Positions 1 through 10,981 of a stretch of DNA of 64,000 nt are shown here, piece after piece. The notes under the pieces are model-generated. The model was given only the letters and a program-made list of their open reading frames with translations. It did no database searches and was not told the origin of the DNA. Position 1 is the stretch's first letter. Each line of letters opens with the position of its first letter. Position numbers and translations under genes: made by a program. The stretch spans positions 832,001 to 896,000 of the forward strand of contig CM000434.1 of assembly GCA_000165345.1 (NCBI GenBank), in the 5' to 3' direction.

Positions 1-163
1 TTCATAAATTTACGGAGAATTATATTGTCCAAAAAAGTGGAATATGAAGAACTACAGCAAAGGAAAATTTGATTTGGAAGTTTTATCAGGAAAAAAACAC
101 TGAGGGGGATGGCTTTCCCGAAAATAAATAGGCGCCATAAAGACAAAAAAAAAGTGGAAATAC

Positions 164-234
164 AGGAGCTACTGGGAATCGAACCCAGGCTACCGGAATC
201 AAAATCCGGGGTCCTACCGCTAGACTATAGCTCC
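164..234 (-). tRNA. tRNA-Gln (anticodon UUG)
   Basis: The reverse complement of 164..234 is GGAGCTATAGTCTAGCGGTAGGACCCCGGATTTTGATTCCGGTAGCCTGGGTTCGATTCCCAGTAGCTCCT. It has a 7-bp acceptor stem, a GTCT/GGAC D-stem and a CCGGA/TCCGG anticodon stem. The anticodon loop is TTTTGAT with U33, anticodon TTG and A37. The T-stem is CTGGG/CCCAG with loop TTCGATT. No CCA is encoded, as expected for a eukaryotic tRNA. Confidence 0.85.
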
Positions 235-487
235 TTACGCCGCTATGGTGATTTTATAAAGAGTTAATCTATACAAATCAAAATATTAAGCTTAATAAAA
301 CTCAGATAAATTTTTGTTCAAGAAGGAAATTAACAAGGCATTCTATTTAAAGATTAATAAATAGATTATTCAATTAAATATTTTGGAAAATAAACGAAGT
401 TTAAAAAAATTTTTGATGAACTATTATGGAAGAAAATGATCAATGTTAAGTTTTGAGAGATAAAAGTATTAAGAAATAAATAAATAT

Positions 488-3220
488 TTAGTAGTTACTA
501 TATAAAAGTGGGTTAGATACAGTCTTTGCATTAATTGGAGTGAATCTGAACCAAAAAGGCATCCAAGGAGTAATTCCAAAAGAAGAAGAATCTAGTATTA
601 ATACATCAGCATGCGTCCTGACTTGTGTATGTGTGGGATTATAAAGAGGATTTACAAGCTCTTTGTGGAATATTATAGAGGAATTTAGAGAAAGAAGGGA
701 TTCAACTTGGCCATTATCCAGATTACCTTTAGAATTATTCTTAATAGAATACATTATTGTATCCCATAAAGAAACCGTCGAATTTCTAGAATCTATACAA
801 AATCTCTCATACTCATTATCACAATGAAAATTCCCAAATAAACTATTATTTAAGTGATCAGCAATAATAATTAATAGGTTTGGATGAAATTGGAATTCTG
901 TTGGAAACTGATTATAGCATTGGTAAACACAATCTAACCATTGGATAAATATTGGAGATCTTTCTGACTCGTTTTCTAAACAAGATTCTTTGCCAGGAGT
1001 ACCAGATCTGGAATGAAATTTGTGACCAGAAAGTATGAATTCTTTTTCTATAAGTGAAAGAAATCCCTGAATTGTTCTGTAATAAGGGTCCATACAAAGC
1101 ATTGCAAGTGCTGTTAGTTGTGAAGTTCTATCCCATCCATCACTACAATGTACCAAAACTCCTTTTTCCCTAATCAAATGATCAACAATCTTATTTGATG
1201 ATGCAAGGATCATACTAATTAAGTCATACCAGCCTGTTGAATCTATTTCTGAAATCAACTTTAATCCCGTTAAATTCTCTGAATTATTCATTCTATTCAA
1301 AGAAGCAAGTACTGATTGAGCTTGAACAGAACTGATATCTCCTTGGTTAAGTAAATTCATCACTTTCTCAAAATTAGCATTACCAACACTCAAATCTTGA
1401 TTTGATGAAGTTTTTTGAATTACTGAAACCAACTTATTCCAAGAATCACGAACCTTATGGATATTTTCAATATTCAAAAACTCTAATTTACAATTGGTAT
1501 AATGATCAATATTCTCAAATCCAGCTCCTGTTGCTTTATTAGCAAATGCATTCAATTTTGGTCTAGCATCCAGTATTGCAAAAGGTCTTTCTTCTTTTGG
1601 GTCTCCATTATTTTTGTAAAAGCTGGAAATGGTTGTTATCATCATCTCGTCCTCAATACATCTTTTAAACGCAGATTTTGGCTGACTAGACCTCCATAGA
1701 GTGCACTTTAAATCTGGGTTTGTCCAGCTTAAAATTGGTATTCTTCCCTTTGATCTAAATGCTGCTACTTTAATTAGTTGTGAATCGGATATGTTTTCAG
1801 GAACCACAATTATTCTTGGGTATGAAGAACAAAGCTCGAAGTTTTGATTCACATTTGTGAATCTTAAAGGAAATCTTGAAGTATTTTCATTAATTAAACC
1901 TGATGATATTGGAACTCCTTGTCTATTATATTCTTTCAAAATATCAAACTCAAAAATCCCATTAATTGAAGAAAATAATGGTAAACTCTCAAAATTCTCC
2001 CTAAAAGTATACGAAAACAAGTTTTTATGCAAAGTCTCGTTCAGAATATTTTGAATACTATTTTGAATTAGCTTTTTGTCTTGCTCAGAGCTTACTATTA
2101 GAATTTGGATCGATCTCAAATCTTTGGTTGAAATATCCAATGTGTAAGTACAACTTTTGGAATTCATATTTATTTGGCCATTCTGCCCAATTCCTGAACC
2201 TCCAATTGTTGTACCTAATGACCCTACTAGATTCAAGTTATTTCCAATATATTGTCCTGGAATTGTATGGTTATTACTGCCTTCTGTGTTTACTCCATTA
2301 TTATCATTACCAGAAATCAAAGAGCTAACCCCAATCTGAGTTATTGAATGAATTGGAATATGAAGAAAGCCTGATTTGTACATCCAAGATACTGAAAATC
2401 TTTTTACTATTGTCAATGCTTTATTGTTAATATTCTTTTGGAAAAGAGGAGCAAGAATTATTCTAAAGTTTGTCATAATGAAGGATCCAAAAATAGGACC
2501 TACCAGACCTTGAGCAGAAATTCCACACTCTTTACTAAATAACAACAACTTTTCACCAGGAAGAAGTATAATACTCATATTTTTAGTTATATTCTCCGCA
2601 TCAGCCTCACAAATTTCCAGACTTGTATTTGATATTGGACCTTTATTATTATGAATCTTGGAAAGGATCTCTGACCATCTGGATAGATCCTGAGCCTTTT
2701 GATTATTGCTATTACTCACTATCATATTCGAAGTGGTTTCTCTTAATGCATTCTGTATTTGAGAACTAATATTCTGCGTTACTGTGTTTGCTAAAGAAGA
2801 AAATAAACCTGAAACACTTGTGGATGTTCTTAAATTTGAACTGGATTTATTAATATTTGTTGTGGGGTTACTGATATTACTTCGGCTCTCTGGTACTATT
2901 GTTGGAGAAGCTAGCATAGGCTTAACTTCAACTGATCTTCCTTGTGTGCTTGGAAATGGATCAAATAATGAAAGATCTTCTAAAGTTTTATTCAACGGCT
3001 TTTTATCCATATCAAAGTTCTGATATTGTGAATTTAAGTTATTATTATCTCTACCTTCAAAACAATCATTCAAGGATGAAACCTGCTTGTATATTGAAAG
3101 AGGATCATTACCAGCTTCTAATGACTGAAGATTTATTTCTTCACTCCCCTTATACACTGAGTTATATAATCTATCAGTGGAGTCATTTTCAGTACTAATA
3201 CTTCCTAATTCCCCATTCAT
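488..3220 (-). CDS. Myotubularin-related phosphoinositide 3-phosphatase (MTMR family)
   Basis: The long minus-strand ORF 488..3259 in the track contains the myotubularin active-site signature VHCSDGWDRTSQ (CX5R P-loop), followed by a conserved helical region. The N-terminus is Asn/Ser-rich low complexity. The track start at 3259 is a TTG codon. The first real ATG (NSYN-M-NGELG) is at 3220..3218. Confidence 0.8.
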   Translation of the reverse strand: MNGELGSISTENDSTDRLYNSVYKGSEEINLQSLEAGNDPLSIYKQVSSLNDCFEGRDNNNLNSQYQNFDMDKKPLNKTLEDLSLFDPFPSTQGRSVEVKPMLASPTIVPESRSNISNPTTNINKSSSNLRTSTSVSGLFSSLANTVTQNISSQIQNALRETTSNMIVSNSNNQKAQDLSRWSEILSKIHNNKGPISNTSLEICEADAENITKNMSIILLPGEKLLLFSKECGISAQGLVGPIFGSFIMTNFRIILAPLFQKNINNKALTIVKRFSVSWMYKSGFLHIPIHSITQIGVSSLISGNDNNGVNTEGSNNHTIPGQYIGNNLNLVGSLGTTIGGSGIGQNGQINMNSKSCTYTLDISTKDLRSIQILIVSSEQDKKLIQNSIQNILNETLHKNLFSYTFRENFESLPLFSSINGIFEFDILKEYNRQGVPISSGLINENTSRFPLRFTNVNQNFELCSSYPRIIVVPENISDSQLIKVAAFRSKGRIPILSWTNPDLKCTLWRSSQPKSAFKRCIEDEMMITTISSFYKNNGDPKEERPFAILDARPKLNAFANKATGAGFENIDHYTNCKLEFLNIENIHKVRDSWNKLVSVIQKTSSNQDLSVGNANFEKVMNLLNQGDISSVQAQSVLASLNRMNNSENLTGLKLISEIDSTGWYDLISMILASSNKIVDHLIREKGVLVHCSDGWDRTSQLTALAMLCMDPYYRTIQGFLSLIEKEFILSGHKFHSRSGTPGKESCLENESERSPIFIQWLDCVYQCYNQFPTEFQFHPNLLIIIADHLNNSLFGNFHCDNEYERFCIDSRNSTVSLWDTIMYSIKNNSKGNLDNGQVESLLSLNSSIIFHKELVNPLYNPTHTQVRTHADVLILDSSSFGITPWMPFWFRFTPINAKTVSNPLLYSNY

Positions 3221-3259
3221 ATTGTATGAATTATTTAGAATTATAAATACCAATATCAA

Positions 3260-3675
3260 TTACTTATTACAATAAGAAGCAACAAAAAGATTTCAAGATT
3301 TGGTGGATTCTTCTTTATCCTAAATTAGATTACTTTTCCACTCTTCTTATATCATTCAAGTCACCCTGAACCTCATCAAACAATATATTCAATTTCCCTA
3401 ACTCTTTAAATCATTCAGCAAATTCTTTAATCCGCACTTCATCTATTATTGAAAGTTATACTTTATATGTTAATACAAGAATATTATTAATTAACCATAT
3501 TGGCGCCATAACTCCCCTTAGAAATTGAGAATATTTTTATTATAGGGGGAAAAATGGCAAAGTAAAAAAAAAAAAAAAAGTTATATACCGGTAATGACGT
3601 GTTAATTTTTTTTGAGAAATTATATTAAAAAAATAAAATTGCTTAAAAAGACCAGAATTATTATAAAAGGAAAAT
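3260..3675. promoter_or_regulatory. Divergent intergenic promoter region (myotubularin minus, Derlin plus)
   Basis: It contains the E2F-like TTGGCGCCA at 3500..3508, ATACCGGTAATGACGTG at 3584..3601 and an A16 tract at 3565..3580. The same motifs recur in other intergenic regions of this window. Confidence 0.4.
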
Positions 3676-4503
3676 ATGTTCAATGATTCATCTCCACAAG
3701 GTTGGTATAAGAACTTACCTCCAATCACGAGGAGTATCCTCACAATAACATTTTTTTCAACTTTATTAATAACTTTTGGTATGTTGAATCCATGGTATAT
3801 TCTCTTTGATTGGGAGTACATTTTTCGCAAGGCACAAATTTGGAGATTCCTCACAAGCTTCTTTTTTGTGGGTCCATTTAGTATTGGATGGATTATGAGC
3901 CAATGGATGTTTACATCATTTTCATCAAAATTAGAGAGAAGTGGGTCGGTTGGTTCCTCATCTGGGTCTTATTTGTATTTTATATTGATTTTAATGACAG
4001 GAATTAACATAATAGGTACTGCTTTTGATTACCCCACAGGAAGAAAAATTGGAGGCTCTTCATTGATTTTTGGTATAATTTATTACTGGAGTAAGAAATT
4101 CCCAACTTCTTTGGTAAGTATTTGGGGATTCACTTTGCAAGCTTATCAGTTACCATATGCATTGTTATTTTTGGATGTTTTGACTGGTAACTCTTTGATT
4201 GACGATTTGATTGGATTATTAGCTGGACATTCTTATTACTATATTAGAGATATTATATATGAGAATAACGCAAATAACTTCTTAGCCAGAACTCCAAAGC
4301 ATTTTGACAAATTTGTTGACTACTCTTCTTTACTGATTAAGAACTATGTCTATGACTTTTCATCTTTAAATGGCCATCCTAATGTAATTAACTATCCAAA
4401 TTCAAATGTAAATAGAGCTGGTTCTTCTTACAATCCATTTTCAGGAAACTCTGCTCAACCTAGAGCCTTTTCAGGAAGGGGATTTAGGCTGGGTTCAGAT
4501 TAA
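3676..4503 (+). CDS. Derlin (Der1-like ERAD membrane protein)
   Basis: The 275-aa ORF starts at an ATG. It has four hydrophobic segments and carries the Derlin hallmark WRFLTSFFF (WR motif). The C-terminus ends GFRLGSD, which matches from memory the GQGFRLGDQ tail of Derlin-1. Confidence 0.8.
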   Translation: MFNDSSPQGWYKNLPPITRSILTITFFSTLLITFGMLNPWYILFDWEYIFRKAQIWRFLTSFFFVGPFSIGWIMSQWMFTSFSSKLERSGSVGSSSGSYLYFILILMTGINIIGTAFDYPTGRKIGGSSLIFGIIYYWSKKFPTSLVSIWGFTLQAYQLPYALLFLDVLTGNSLIDDLIGLLAGHSYYYIRDIIYENNANNFLARTPKHFDKFVDYSSLLIKNYVYDFSSLNGHPNVINYPNSNVNRAGSSYNPFSGNSAQPRAFSGRGFRLGSD

Positions 4504-4851
4504 GCTCAGAAAAGTTGAACTAGAAGATATATAAGTTAGTATTTTCTTACCATAGTATGGCTTTCCTTTATTATTTTAACTGCTAGTTTATAAATCTAAT
4601 ATAATTTTACATCCTAGTTATATATGTATATGATTATTTCAATCGATAAGAATTTGAAGATACAGGAGGAGAGAAACAATGAAGAAGAAAAAGGTGATCG
4701 TTTTCTAGATAATTATTTAGTTGCTATTAGCCGAGTAGAATTTTGCATTGATAGTATTGATATATAAATAATTCAATAGATCTATATACCCAATTAAGGG
4801 AACACAAGACTCCATCGAATAAATTAACTACTCTCTTCATCAATCTTTCTT

Positions 4852-6120
4852 TTATACTGTCCTGGTAGCTTTTTCATATAAAACATCAACGACATTTGAA
4901 AGATTGTCGAATGTAGAGATAAGTTCAGGAATCTTTAAATTAGAATTCTGATTCTCATCATAGATAGTAAGAACTTCAGTTCTTTGATCAATATTTCCCT
5001 GAATCAACTTGTTTAAAATCATTTCAATAACCTTGGAATAAACTCTTTCGGAAGAAAGATTGAGGAATAAAGCAAGTTGAGAGATTTCAATGTGTGAATA
5101 AGATTCCAAAATTCTTAAAATATTCTGTTCCATCAAACTTTCATACAAGTTATTAATATGTCTGTGAATGACCATATCACTGCTTAACTCGGTTTCATAA
5201 TTCTTTAAAACATCCTCGAACATACTAAGAGATCTATTTTCGCAGCAAGATGCAACCATTCTCAAGGCTTCAATCTCTCTCATCTGGAACTTAACTTTAT
5301 TTTTACCAGAAAGTAGAGAAGCTAAATTATTGGTTTGTTGGGACATGATCTTTGATAACAACATATACTTTAATGATTGCAAGGCTCTTTCATCATTTGC
5401 AATATTAAATGCCTCGAAAGCTTCATAAAAGTACGAGAATGATGTCTTAAAATCTTCTTCATCAGCAAGTATAATGCCAGATTGTAGATCTATATCAGCC
5501 TGTAAGAGAGGAGGACAGTGAATGGAGTTTGCATTAGTTCTAGCTGCTGTCAAAGCTGCCTTAGACTTGGGTAAGTTACGAATTCTATACTCAAGTTTAC
5601 TTTCTATCAAATAAGCCTCCACTAATAGAATCTTATCGTCAACCTTTTTAACTTCTTTAATCAACTTTTCAATATAGTCTAAACCTTTAACAAATTGACT
5701 AGAGTTCAAATAAACCATTGCTAAACGAGCAGTAATTCTATGTCTCAAGAATGTACGCTTCTCTTCTAAGCACCATTCAATACACTCCAAACAAAGTTGT
5801 TCTTGTAGTTTTTCGGTATCTGGAATTTTTGACATCATATCCATTAGATTTCGAATAATCTTTGCAACTCTAGCTTTTGGTAGTCCACCAATTATTGGTC
5901 TAATAGTTTTAATAAGCTCTTTCAATTCATTTGCCATGCCTTGTTTCATATATATTTCTCCTAATGTATAGATTGCCTGCTCTTGAATTTTGGTTCCATC
6001 TTCTATTTCATCCAAGTTGTCTTTTTTAATCAATTCGATTAATATTGGAATTGATAATTTGAAGTCTGTCTCCATCAGAGACTTTGCCTTCTCAAAATCA
6101 TCCTTAATACTTATTTCCAT
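4852..6120 (-). CDS. 26S proteasome regulatory particle non-ATPase subunit Rpn6/PSMD11 (PCI domain)
   Basis: The 422-aa ORF starts at an ATG. It aligns end to end with Rpn6/PSMD11 as I remember it. Matching motifs include LCLECIEW, LPKSKAALTAARTNANSIHCPP, QSGIILADEEDFKTSFSYFYEAFEAF and LKYMLLSKIM, and the C-terminal PCI region ends VVDVLYEKA. Confidence 0.85.
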   Translation of the reverse strand: MEISIKDDFEKAKSLMETDFKLSIPILIELIKKDNLDEIEDGTKIQEQAIYTLGEIYMKQGMANELKELIKTIRPIIGGLPKARVAKIIRNLMDMMSKIPDTEKLQEQLCLECIEWCLEEKRTFLRHRITARLAMVYLNSSQFVKGLDYIEKLIKEVKKVDDKILLVEAYLIESKLEYRIRNLPKSKAALTAARTNANSIHCPPLLQADIDLQSGIILADEEDFKTSFSYFYEAFEAFNIANDERALQSLKYMLLSKIMSQQTNNLASLLSGKNKVKFQMREIEALRMVASCCENRSLSMFEDVLKNYETELSSDMVIHRHINNLYESLMEQNILRILESYSHIEISQLALFLNLSSERVYSKVIEMILNKLIQGNIDQRTEVLTIYDENQNSNLKIPELISTFDNLSNVVDVLYEKATRTV

Positions 6121-6376
6121 TATTACTACTCACTCAATCCCTAGTTTGTTTTTCTTTCTTCCTTTCAAATAAGGAGGGTGGCTTTTGGTGAAATCAAAAT
6201 TTGAATTTGTCGCACCTTCTTACTTGTCAAACTTTAAGAGTTGATTCTCAAATTAATGTATGAAATTATTAATTTAAAAAAAAAATTGTCGTTTTAAATA
6301 ATAATTTTGTATTTTTCCCCCTTTATTATTATGTTACAATTATTCTCTTCTTGAACTTATTAGCTTAGATGCATAT

Positions 6377-6388
6377 TGGGCGCGCCCA
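6377..6388. promoter_or_regulatory. E2F-like palindrome TGGGCGCGCCCA in the Rpn6 / 6583-gene divergent intergenic region
   Basis: It is a perfect GC palindrome inside an otherwise AT-rich spacer. Confidence 0.35.
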
Positions 6389-6582
6389 AATAACCCCACG
6401 AAATACATAAATGTGCTGTTCAATGAATATCGAAAATAGATTAACATGCCAGAATAAATGTGATATTATAACTTTAGCTTCATTGAATAATTTGAATACG
6501 AAATGTGTCATTATTATTATTGAATTATATTGAAAGTTTGCTATAAGTGTTGTATGTATAAATATTTTGATGAAAAAAGAAA

Positions 6583-7588
6583 ATGAAATTCCAAAGTGAG
6601 AAAAATGAGGAAAATAAAGAAAGCATAAATAAGTCATCTTCAGCATTGATAAACTCATTAAGAAACCAAATTAATAAAGTATCAGCCTTGAATAAATTTC
6701 GCTTCATAAATAGTAATAAAAAGCCACTTGAAAATGAAGTCCAAATAAGTGATATTGCAGATAAAATTCGCAATAAGATCTCAATAAATAAGTTAAACAA
6801 GAGTCCAGGGCTTGAGCATACAAACAATAAGTATTCTGAAGAAATTGGAGGCGCTTATTCACCATTTAGAAAGAGAAATAAAAATAATGAAAAATATTCC
6901 TTGCAAAATAAAATGTCAAATTTTGAACAAACCAGATCAGAACTTGAGAATCTCTTACTTTATAATATCAACAAGCTGCGTCATGAGAGAATTAAGCTGA
7001 AAAACTGCCAAATGAATAAAAATAATAGTCATGATGAGAATGAAATTCTATTTCCAAATATTTATACACCTCTATCTTCAATGAAGTTTATGAATATCCA
7101 AGAATTATTTTTGTTTCTTTCATTGTTTTATCATAATTACCAAAGAGAGTGGATCTTACCATTATTAAATAACTTGAAAAATCTCGAAATAATCTTTTTC
7201 ACCCCAGAAAGTACTTCATCTTCATACTCTTCAACAATAATTACAGGTAGATACACTAAAATTTTAAATGAGGAATATTTGTTTTCAAGCAATGCACCAA
7301 TTTCAAAACTGATTTTAAATTCCGCAAAGTAAGTTACATTTATTAATTCCACTTTATAGCTTAATGCTTACTTAAAATTTCCTGAATAAATATTAATTTA
7401 TCTTTTATTTAAGGTGGCAAAAGGTTTCAAAAATTATAGAATCAGAAAATATTCAAGATTTCTCAACTGCTGTGTTTATATTTATTAACCCAAATATAAT
7501 TCAAACAAGTGAATGTGTATTTATCTCATCAGGTCTTTTCTTCATTTGCAACTTTGCACACCTCTTAACTTGTTTTGTTAGCAAGTAA
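6583..7588 (+). CDS. Hypothetical Asn/Lys-rich protein; candidate 2-exon model join(6583..7328,7414..7588) giving a hydrophobic C-terminal tail
   Basis: The 249-aa ATG-initiated ORF ends at a TAA that sits inside a GTAAGT donor (7329..7334). A downstream acceptor TTTATTTAAG (ending at 7413) splices in frame to 58 more stop-free codons. Those codons end in a hydrophobic tail, VFIFINPNIIQTSECVFISSGLFFICNFAHLLTCFVSK. This is a de novo prediction with no recognised family. Confidence 0.45.
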
Positions 7589-7735
7589 AACACTAGAAAT
7601 TGTCGAACTTGGTCTTTTACCAACATTTAATATTATTTGTCTACTTCAACTTTTATTTACTCTTTTTTTAATTATTAATACTATTTCTATTTCAAAAATA
7701 TTTTGTCCACATGAAATTTATTAATTTTCACACAT

Positions 7736-7849
7736 ACCGGTACTAAATATTTCTGATGACGTGTATAATTTTTTTTAATAAGTTTGCATGTGGAAATTGT
7801 CATACCGGTATATGCAATTACTATTATGTGTGGAAAAATTGCATGTAAG
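7736..7849. promoter_or_regulatory. Motif cluster ACCGGT x2, TGCATG x2, GACGTG
   Basis: ACCGGT occurs at 7736..7741 and 7804..7809. TTTGCATGTGG is at 7793..7803, GACGTG at about 7759 and GCATGTAAG at 7841..7849. The cluster lies about 520 bp upstream of the AAMP-like gene. Confidence 0.35.
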
Positions 7850-8366
7850 AAGTAGATGTTTAGAAGTGGTTGCATTGATGAATTTTAAATATTAAAAATA
7901 TAATTTCGAGAGTTAATTAAAAAAAAATGCATATATAATAATAATAATTGTGGATGTAAATTTAATAAATAATGTTTCTTATTTATTATTGAATTGGCTA
8001 TAATCCAGAAAATAATCTACAATAAGTGAAATTGAGAAGAAAGTAACCTATGCTTAAAAAATACAAGTAAAAAAGTAAATAATTTGAATCAAGGGTAATA
8101 ACTAAAAATCAACAAATAATCATTTTTATCTACCCTTATATATTGCAAGAGATTCATTAATATTGATCGACTCATAATATTTAATATTAGCAAATCGGAA
8201 TTTTTTTTTATTCCATAATTCTAAAATGGTAATTAATTGCCTTTTTTAGACTGGGCGGGAAGTCGAAATATTATTTAAAGTTTAAGCTTGACATTAAGAA
8301 AAAAAAATTTGGATTTGGTGTTATTTAGGAAAAAGTTGTGAGAATTTGTTTGTTTAAGTACTAAAG

Positions 8367-9725
8367 ATGGATATGGAAATAGATTCAAATATTTCAGATG
8401 AAGAATATACTGGAATGGATGAAGATCCAGTATTGATAGTATCTGGAGATGAGCTTGATAGGTAAGTTAAAAGAAAATAACATTAGAACTTGATTAATAT
8501 TAAAATCGCACTAAATAAAACTTTTAGGGATGATGAAGATGAGGAAATGCCACTCTTTGATGTTCCTGATGAATCATCAGCTACAATCTTATCAATTGAT
8601 TCTCCAATTTGCTGTATAGATATAGATCCTACAAGAAGAGGTCGAATATTATTCGGAGGATGTGACGATAAAGCATATGTATCAAATTTACCAGAAAATC
8701 CTGTCTATTCTAGTGAGCAGGGAACTGAGAGACTTAACTTAGGTTTTGAAAAAGTATTTCAAGGTCATTCAGATACAGTTTCATGCGTTTCTTATTCAAC
8801 GGATGGAAAATATTTTGCAACAGGAGGTTGTGATGGAACTATAAGAGTTTATGGTAATGAAGTTTCAAATGAAGGCCAACTTATTTCAATTCTGGAGGGT
8901 CCATCTGATGAGCTTGAATTCATAAGGTGGCATCCGCGTGGACCATGTATATTTGGAGGTGGAGTAGATGGAACAGGATGGCTATGGATGGCTCCTGATG
9001 GAAGAGTATTATCTGTACTTTCTGGTCATGGAGATAGTATTACATGCGGAGATTTTAGTAATGAAGGTAAAATAGTTTGCACAGGATCTCTAGATGGAAG
9101 CGTAATTATTTGGAATCCAAAAAATGGAGAAAGTTTGCACAAAATTACAAGAAATAGTTTTGTTAATAACGCAGGTGACTCATCTTATTTAGAGGAATTG
9201 GGTATAGTTTCAATGAGAAGTCACAAAAAGAATCCGTTACTTGCTGTTGGGTTTACTAATGGTTTATTTTCTCTAATTCAACCTGATACTGGCAAAGTTC
9301 TAAGCTTAAACAACAGACATCATGATTCTCTAGATTGCATTGAATTCATTAATCATTTAGAAGATCCTCTGTTAGCTACTGGAGATATGTCTGGAGAATT
9401 AATTGTTTGGAATTATGAATACAATAGAGAAAATTTTGTAATGAAGAATCAGGAATTGGAACATTCAAATGGAGTCTTGCCTGGTATTACTAGTATATGC
9501 TGGGGTGGAGATAGAAACAATACCTTAATTGCAACGGGGTGTTTAGATGGAACTATTAGATTATGGGACTTTAGAACAGGAGAAAATGTTAAAATTCTTA
9601 AAGGGCATAAAAGTGGAATATTATCCATGAAAATCGTAGAATTCGGTTTTCAAGGAACCAACGTATTAAGGATGGTATCTACAGGAGATGATGGAAGATG
9701 CTTACTTTGGGATGTAAGAATGTAA
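8367..9725 (+). CDS. AAMP/Sqt1-like WD40 repeat protein (probable ribosomal uL16 assembly chaperone); join(8367..8461,8528..9725)
   Basis: Exon 1 runs from ATG 8367 to a GTAAGT donor at 8462 and encodes an acidic N-terminus, MDMEIDSNISDEEYTGMDEDPVLIVSGDELD. A 66-nt intron ends at the acceptor CTTTTAG (8527), and the reading frame is preserved as AG|G. The WD40 body shows block similarity to AAMP: FGGCDDKAYV, GHSDTVSC, EFIRWHPRGP, DGTGWLWM and TGSLDGSVIIWN. Confidence 0.75.
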
Positions 9726-9790
9726 TAAGGAAAAAAAACAAGATTCAAATCATAATAATTTTAAAAGTGACTAAATTCTGTCTATAATCA

Positions 9791-10981
9791 TTAACAAATT
9801 ATCTTTAATACATCTTGAAGAGCTTTTGTATACTGGTTTAAGGCCTGGACAATGTCATCATCTGCAGCTTCTCTATTTTGGGATTCTTTTGCAATATCGT
9901 TTTTTATGTGAGCAATCTCCTCAAGTACGAAGTTTTGGAATTTATCTTGAGTCTTTTCAATCTTATCTTTGAGCTGGTTAAAACTATCATTTATTGAACT
10001 CAAAACCATTTCTTTATTATTAACTTCTCTCCCAATCTCCTCCTCTACATGATTCTCAAGCTCCTTCAAGAACAGTTTCATTTGCTCCTCCTTTTCTTCT
10101 GCTATATTATATTCTCTCTCAGCAATTGACTTGGCATTCATTATTTCATTCACAAGACTTTGGTGCTTATGTTCGAATTCCTCAATTATTTGTGATTTTT
10201 CGCTCACCATCTCTTTCTCAATTACAGATAACCTTTCGTCCAAACTCTTGCAAGCTATAGAAAGCTGGTCCAATTTTCCAGAAAACACATCCTCTAATCT
10301 TTGTTGTATTGAAGACATTTGTTCCTCAAAATTTCTCTTCATGTTTGATTGGATTTCATTTCTTTGTTGGTTCTCAGCTTCTATGGCCTTCTTTAACTTC
10401 ATTGTATTCTCCTTTAATACTTGGAGCCTATTCTCCTCATATTCCCTTTTTTGGCGAGTATCATTTCTTAATTGTTTCTCTAACCCAAGTAATTGGCCTT
10501 GAATTTGTCCAAGCTTTTGTTTTGTTGATAGGGGAAGAGACGAATTACCGATTAAAGATGTAGGAGAATGAATAAGCCCGCTAGTACTTGTTTCTGCTAC
10601 AGTTATTGGACTCAAACTTGTTGTAGCAATTGATGTATTATTTGTTGAATTTAAATTACTAATGGTACCTCCTAATTGTTGAGAAAATAAAGCACTGAGA
10701 GACCCATTCTTTCTACCAAGTGAATTTTTTAAATTTGTCTGGTTCTGTTTTATGTTTCTACTTGATAAACTTAATTGCAAATGCTTTGGTGATTGTGAAG
10801 TTCCTCCTGTTTGGCTGTTAAATCCTGAAAGATTAAGATTCTCATTACCCACAACAACTTCATCAAGGTTTGTTGTAATATCCAAATTGGTCTTTATTTC
10901 GTTTACTGGTGCTACAATTCCTCCTGTTGATATTGTTAAAGACGACTTATTAATCAAATCCATTATTTCTTCTTTTAACAT
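9791..10981 (-). CDS. Striated fiber assemblin (SF-assemblin family coiled-coil protein)
   Basis: The 396-aa ORF starts at an ATG. It has a Ser/Thr/Asn-rich head and a long heptad-repeat rod. The C-terminus, ALNQYTKALQDVLKIIC, matches the conserved SF-assemblin end (NDYTIALQEGLKIV) as I remember it. Confidence 0.7.
   Translation of the reverse strand: MLKEEIMDLINKSSLTISTGGIVAPVNEIKTNLDITTNLDEVVVGNENLNLSGFNSQTGGTSQSPKHLQLSLSSRNIKQNQTNLKNSLGRKNGSLSALFSQQLGGTISNLNSTNNTSIATTSLSPITVAETSTSGLIHSPTSLIGNSSLPLSTKQKLGQIQGQLLGLEKQLRNDTRQKREYEENRLQVLKENTMKLKKAIEAENQQRNEIQSNMKRNFEEQMSSIQQRLEDVFSGKLDQLSIACKSLDERLSVIEKEMVSEKSQIIEEFEHKHQSLVNEIMNAKSIAEREYNIAEEKEEQMKLFLKELENHVEEEIGREVNNKEMVLSSINDSFNQLKDKIEKTQDKFQNFVLEEIAHIKNDIAKESQNREAADDDIVQALNQYTKALQDVLKIIC

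Noticed and set aside
912-1097. Many 60-120 aa ORFs nested in or antisense to long CDSs. Examples are 912..1097, 1502..2339, 13410..13907, 23134..25130, 32587..33710, 37695..38229, 39179..39791, 40179..41071 and 49548..50015.
   Set aside because: They lie fully inside, or on the opposite strand of, long ORFs that have clear family signatures. Several are translations of low-complexity or repeat DNA, for example the antisense of the mucin 24-nt repeats. I found no independent signal such as a promoter motif, splice sites or conservation.
3259-3259. ORF-track start codons taken at face value (for example 3259, 12079, 12487, 16627, 36898, 51783 and 61595)
   Set aside because: Translating the DNA shows these M residues are TTG or GTG codons; the track allows bacterial alternative starts. 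I re-derived ATG starts where possible. The track's start for the 78-aa ORF (51444) also disagrees with my count, which gives 51438.
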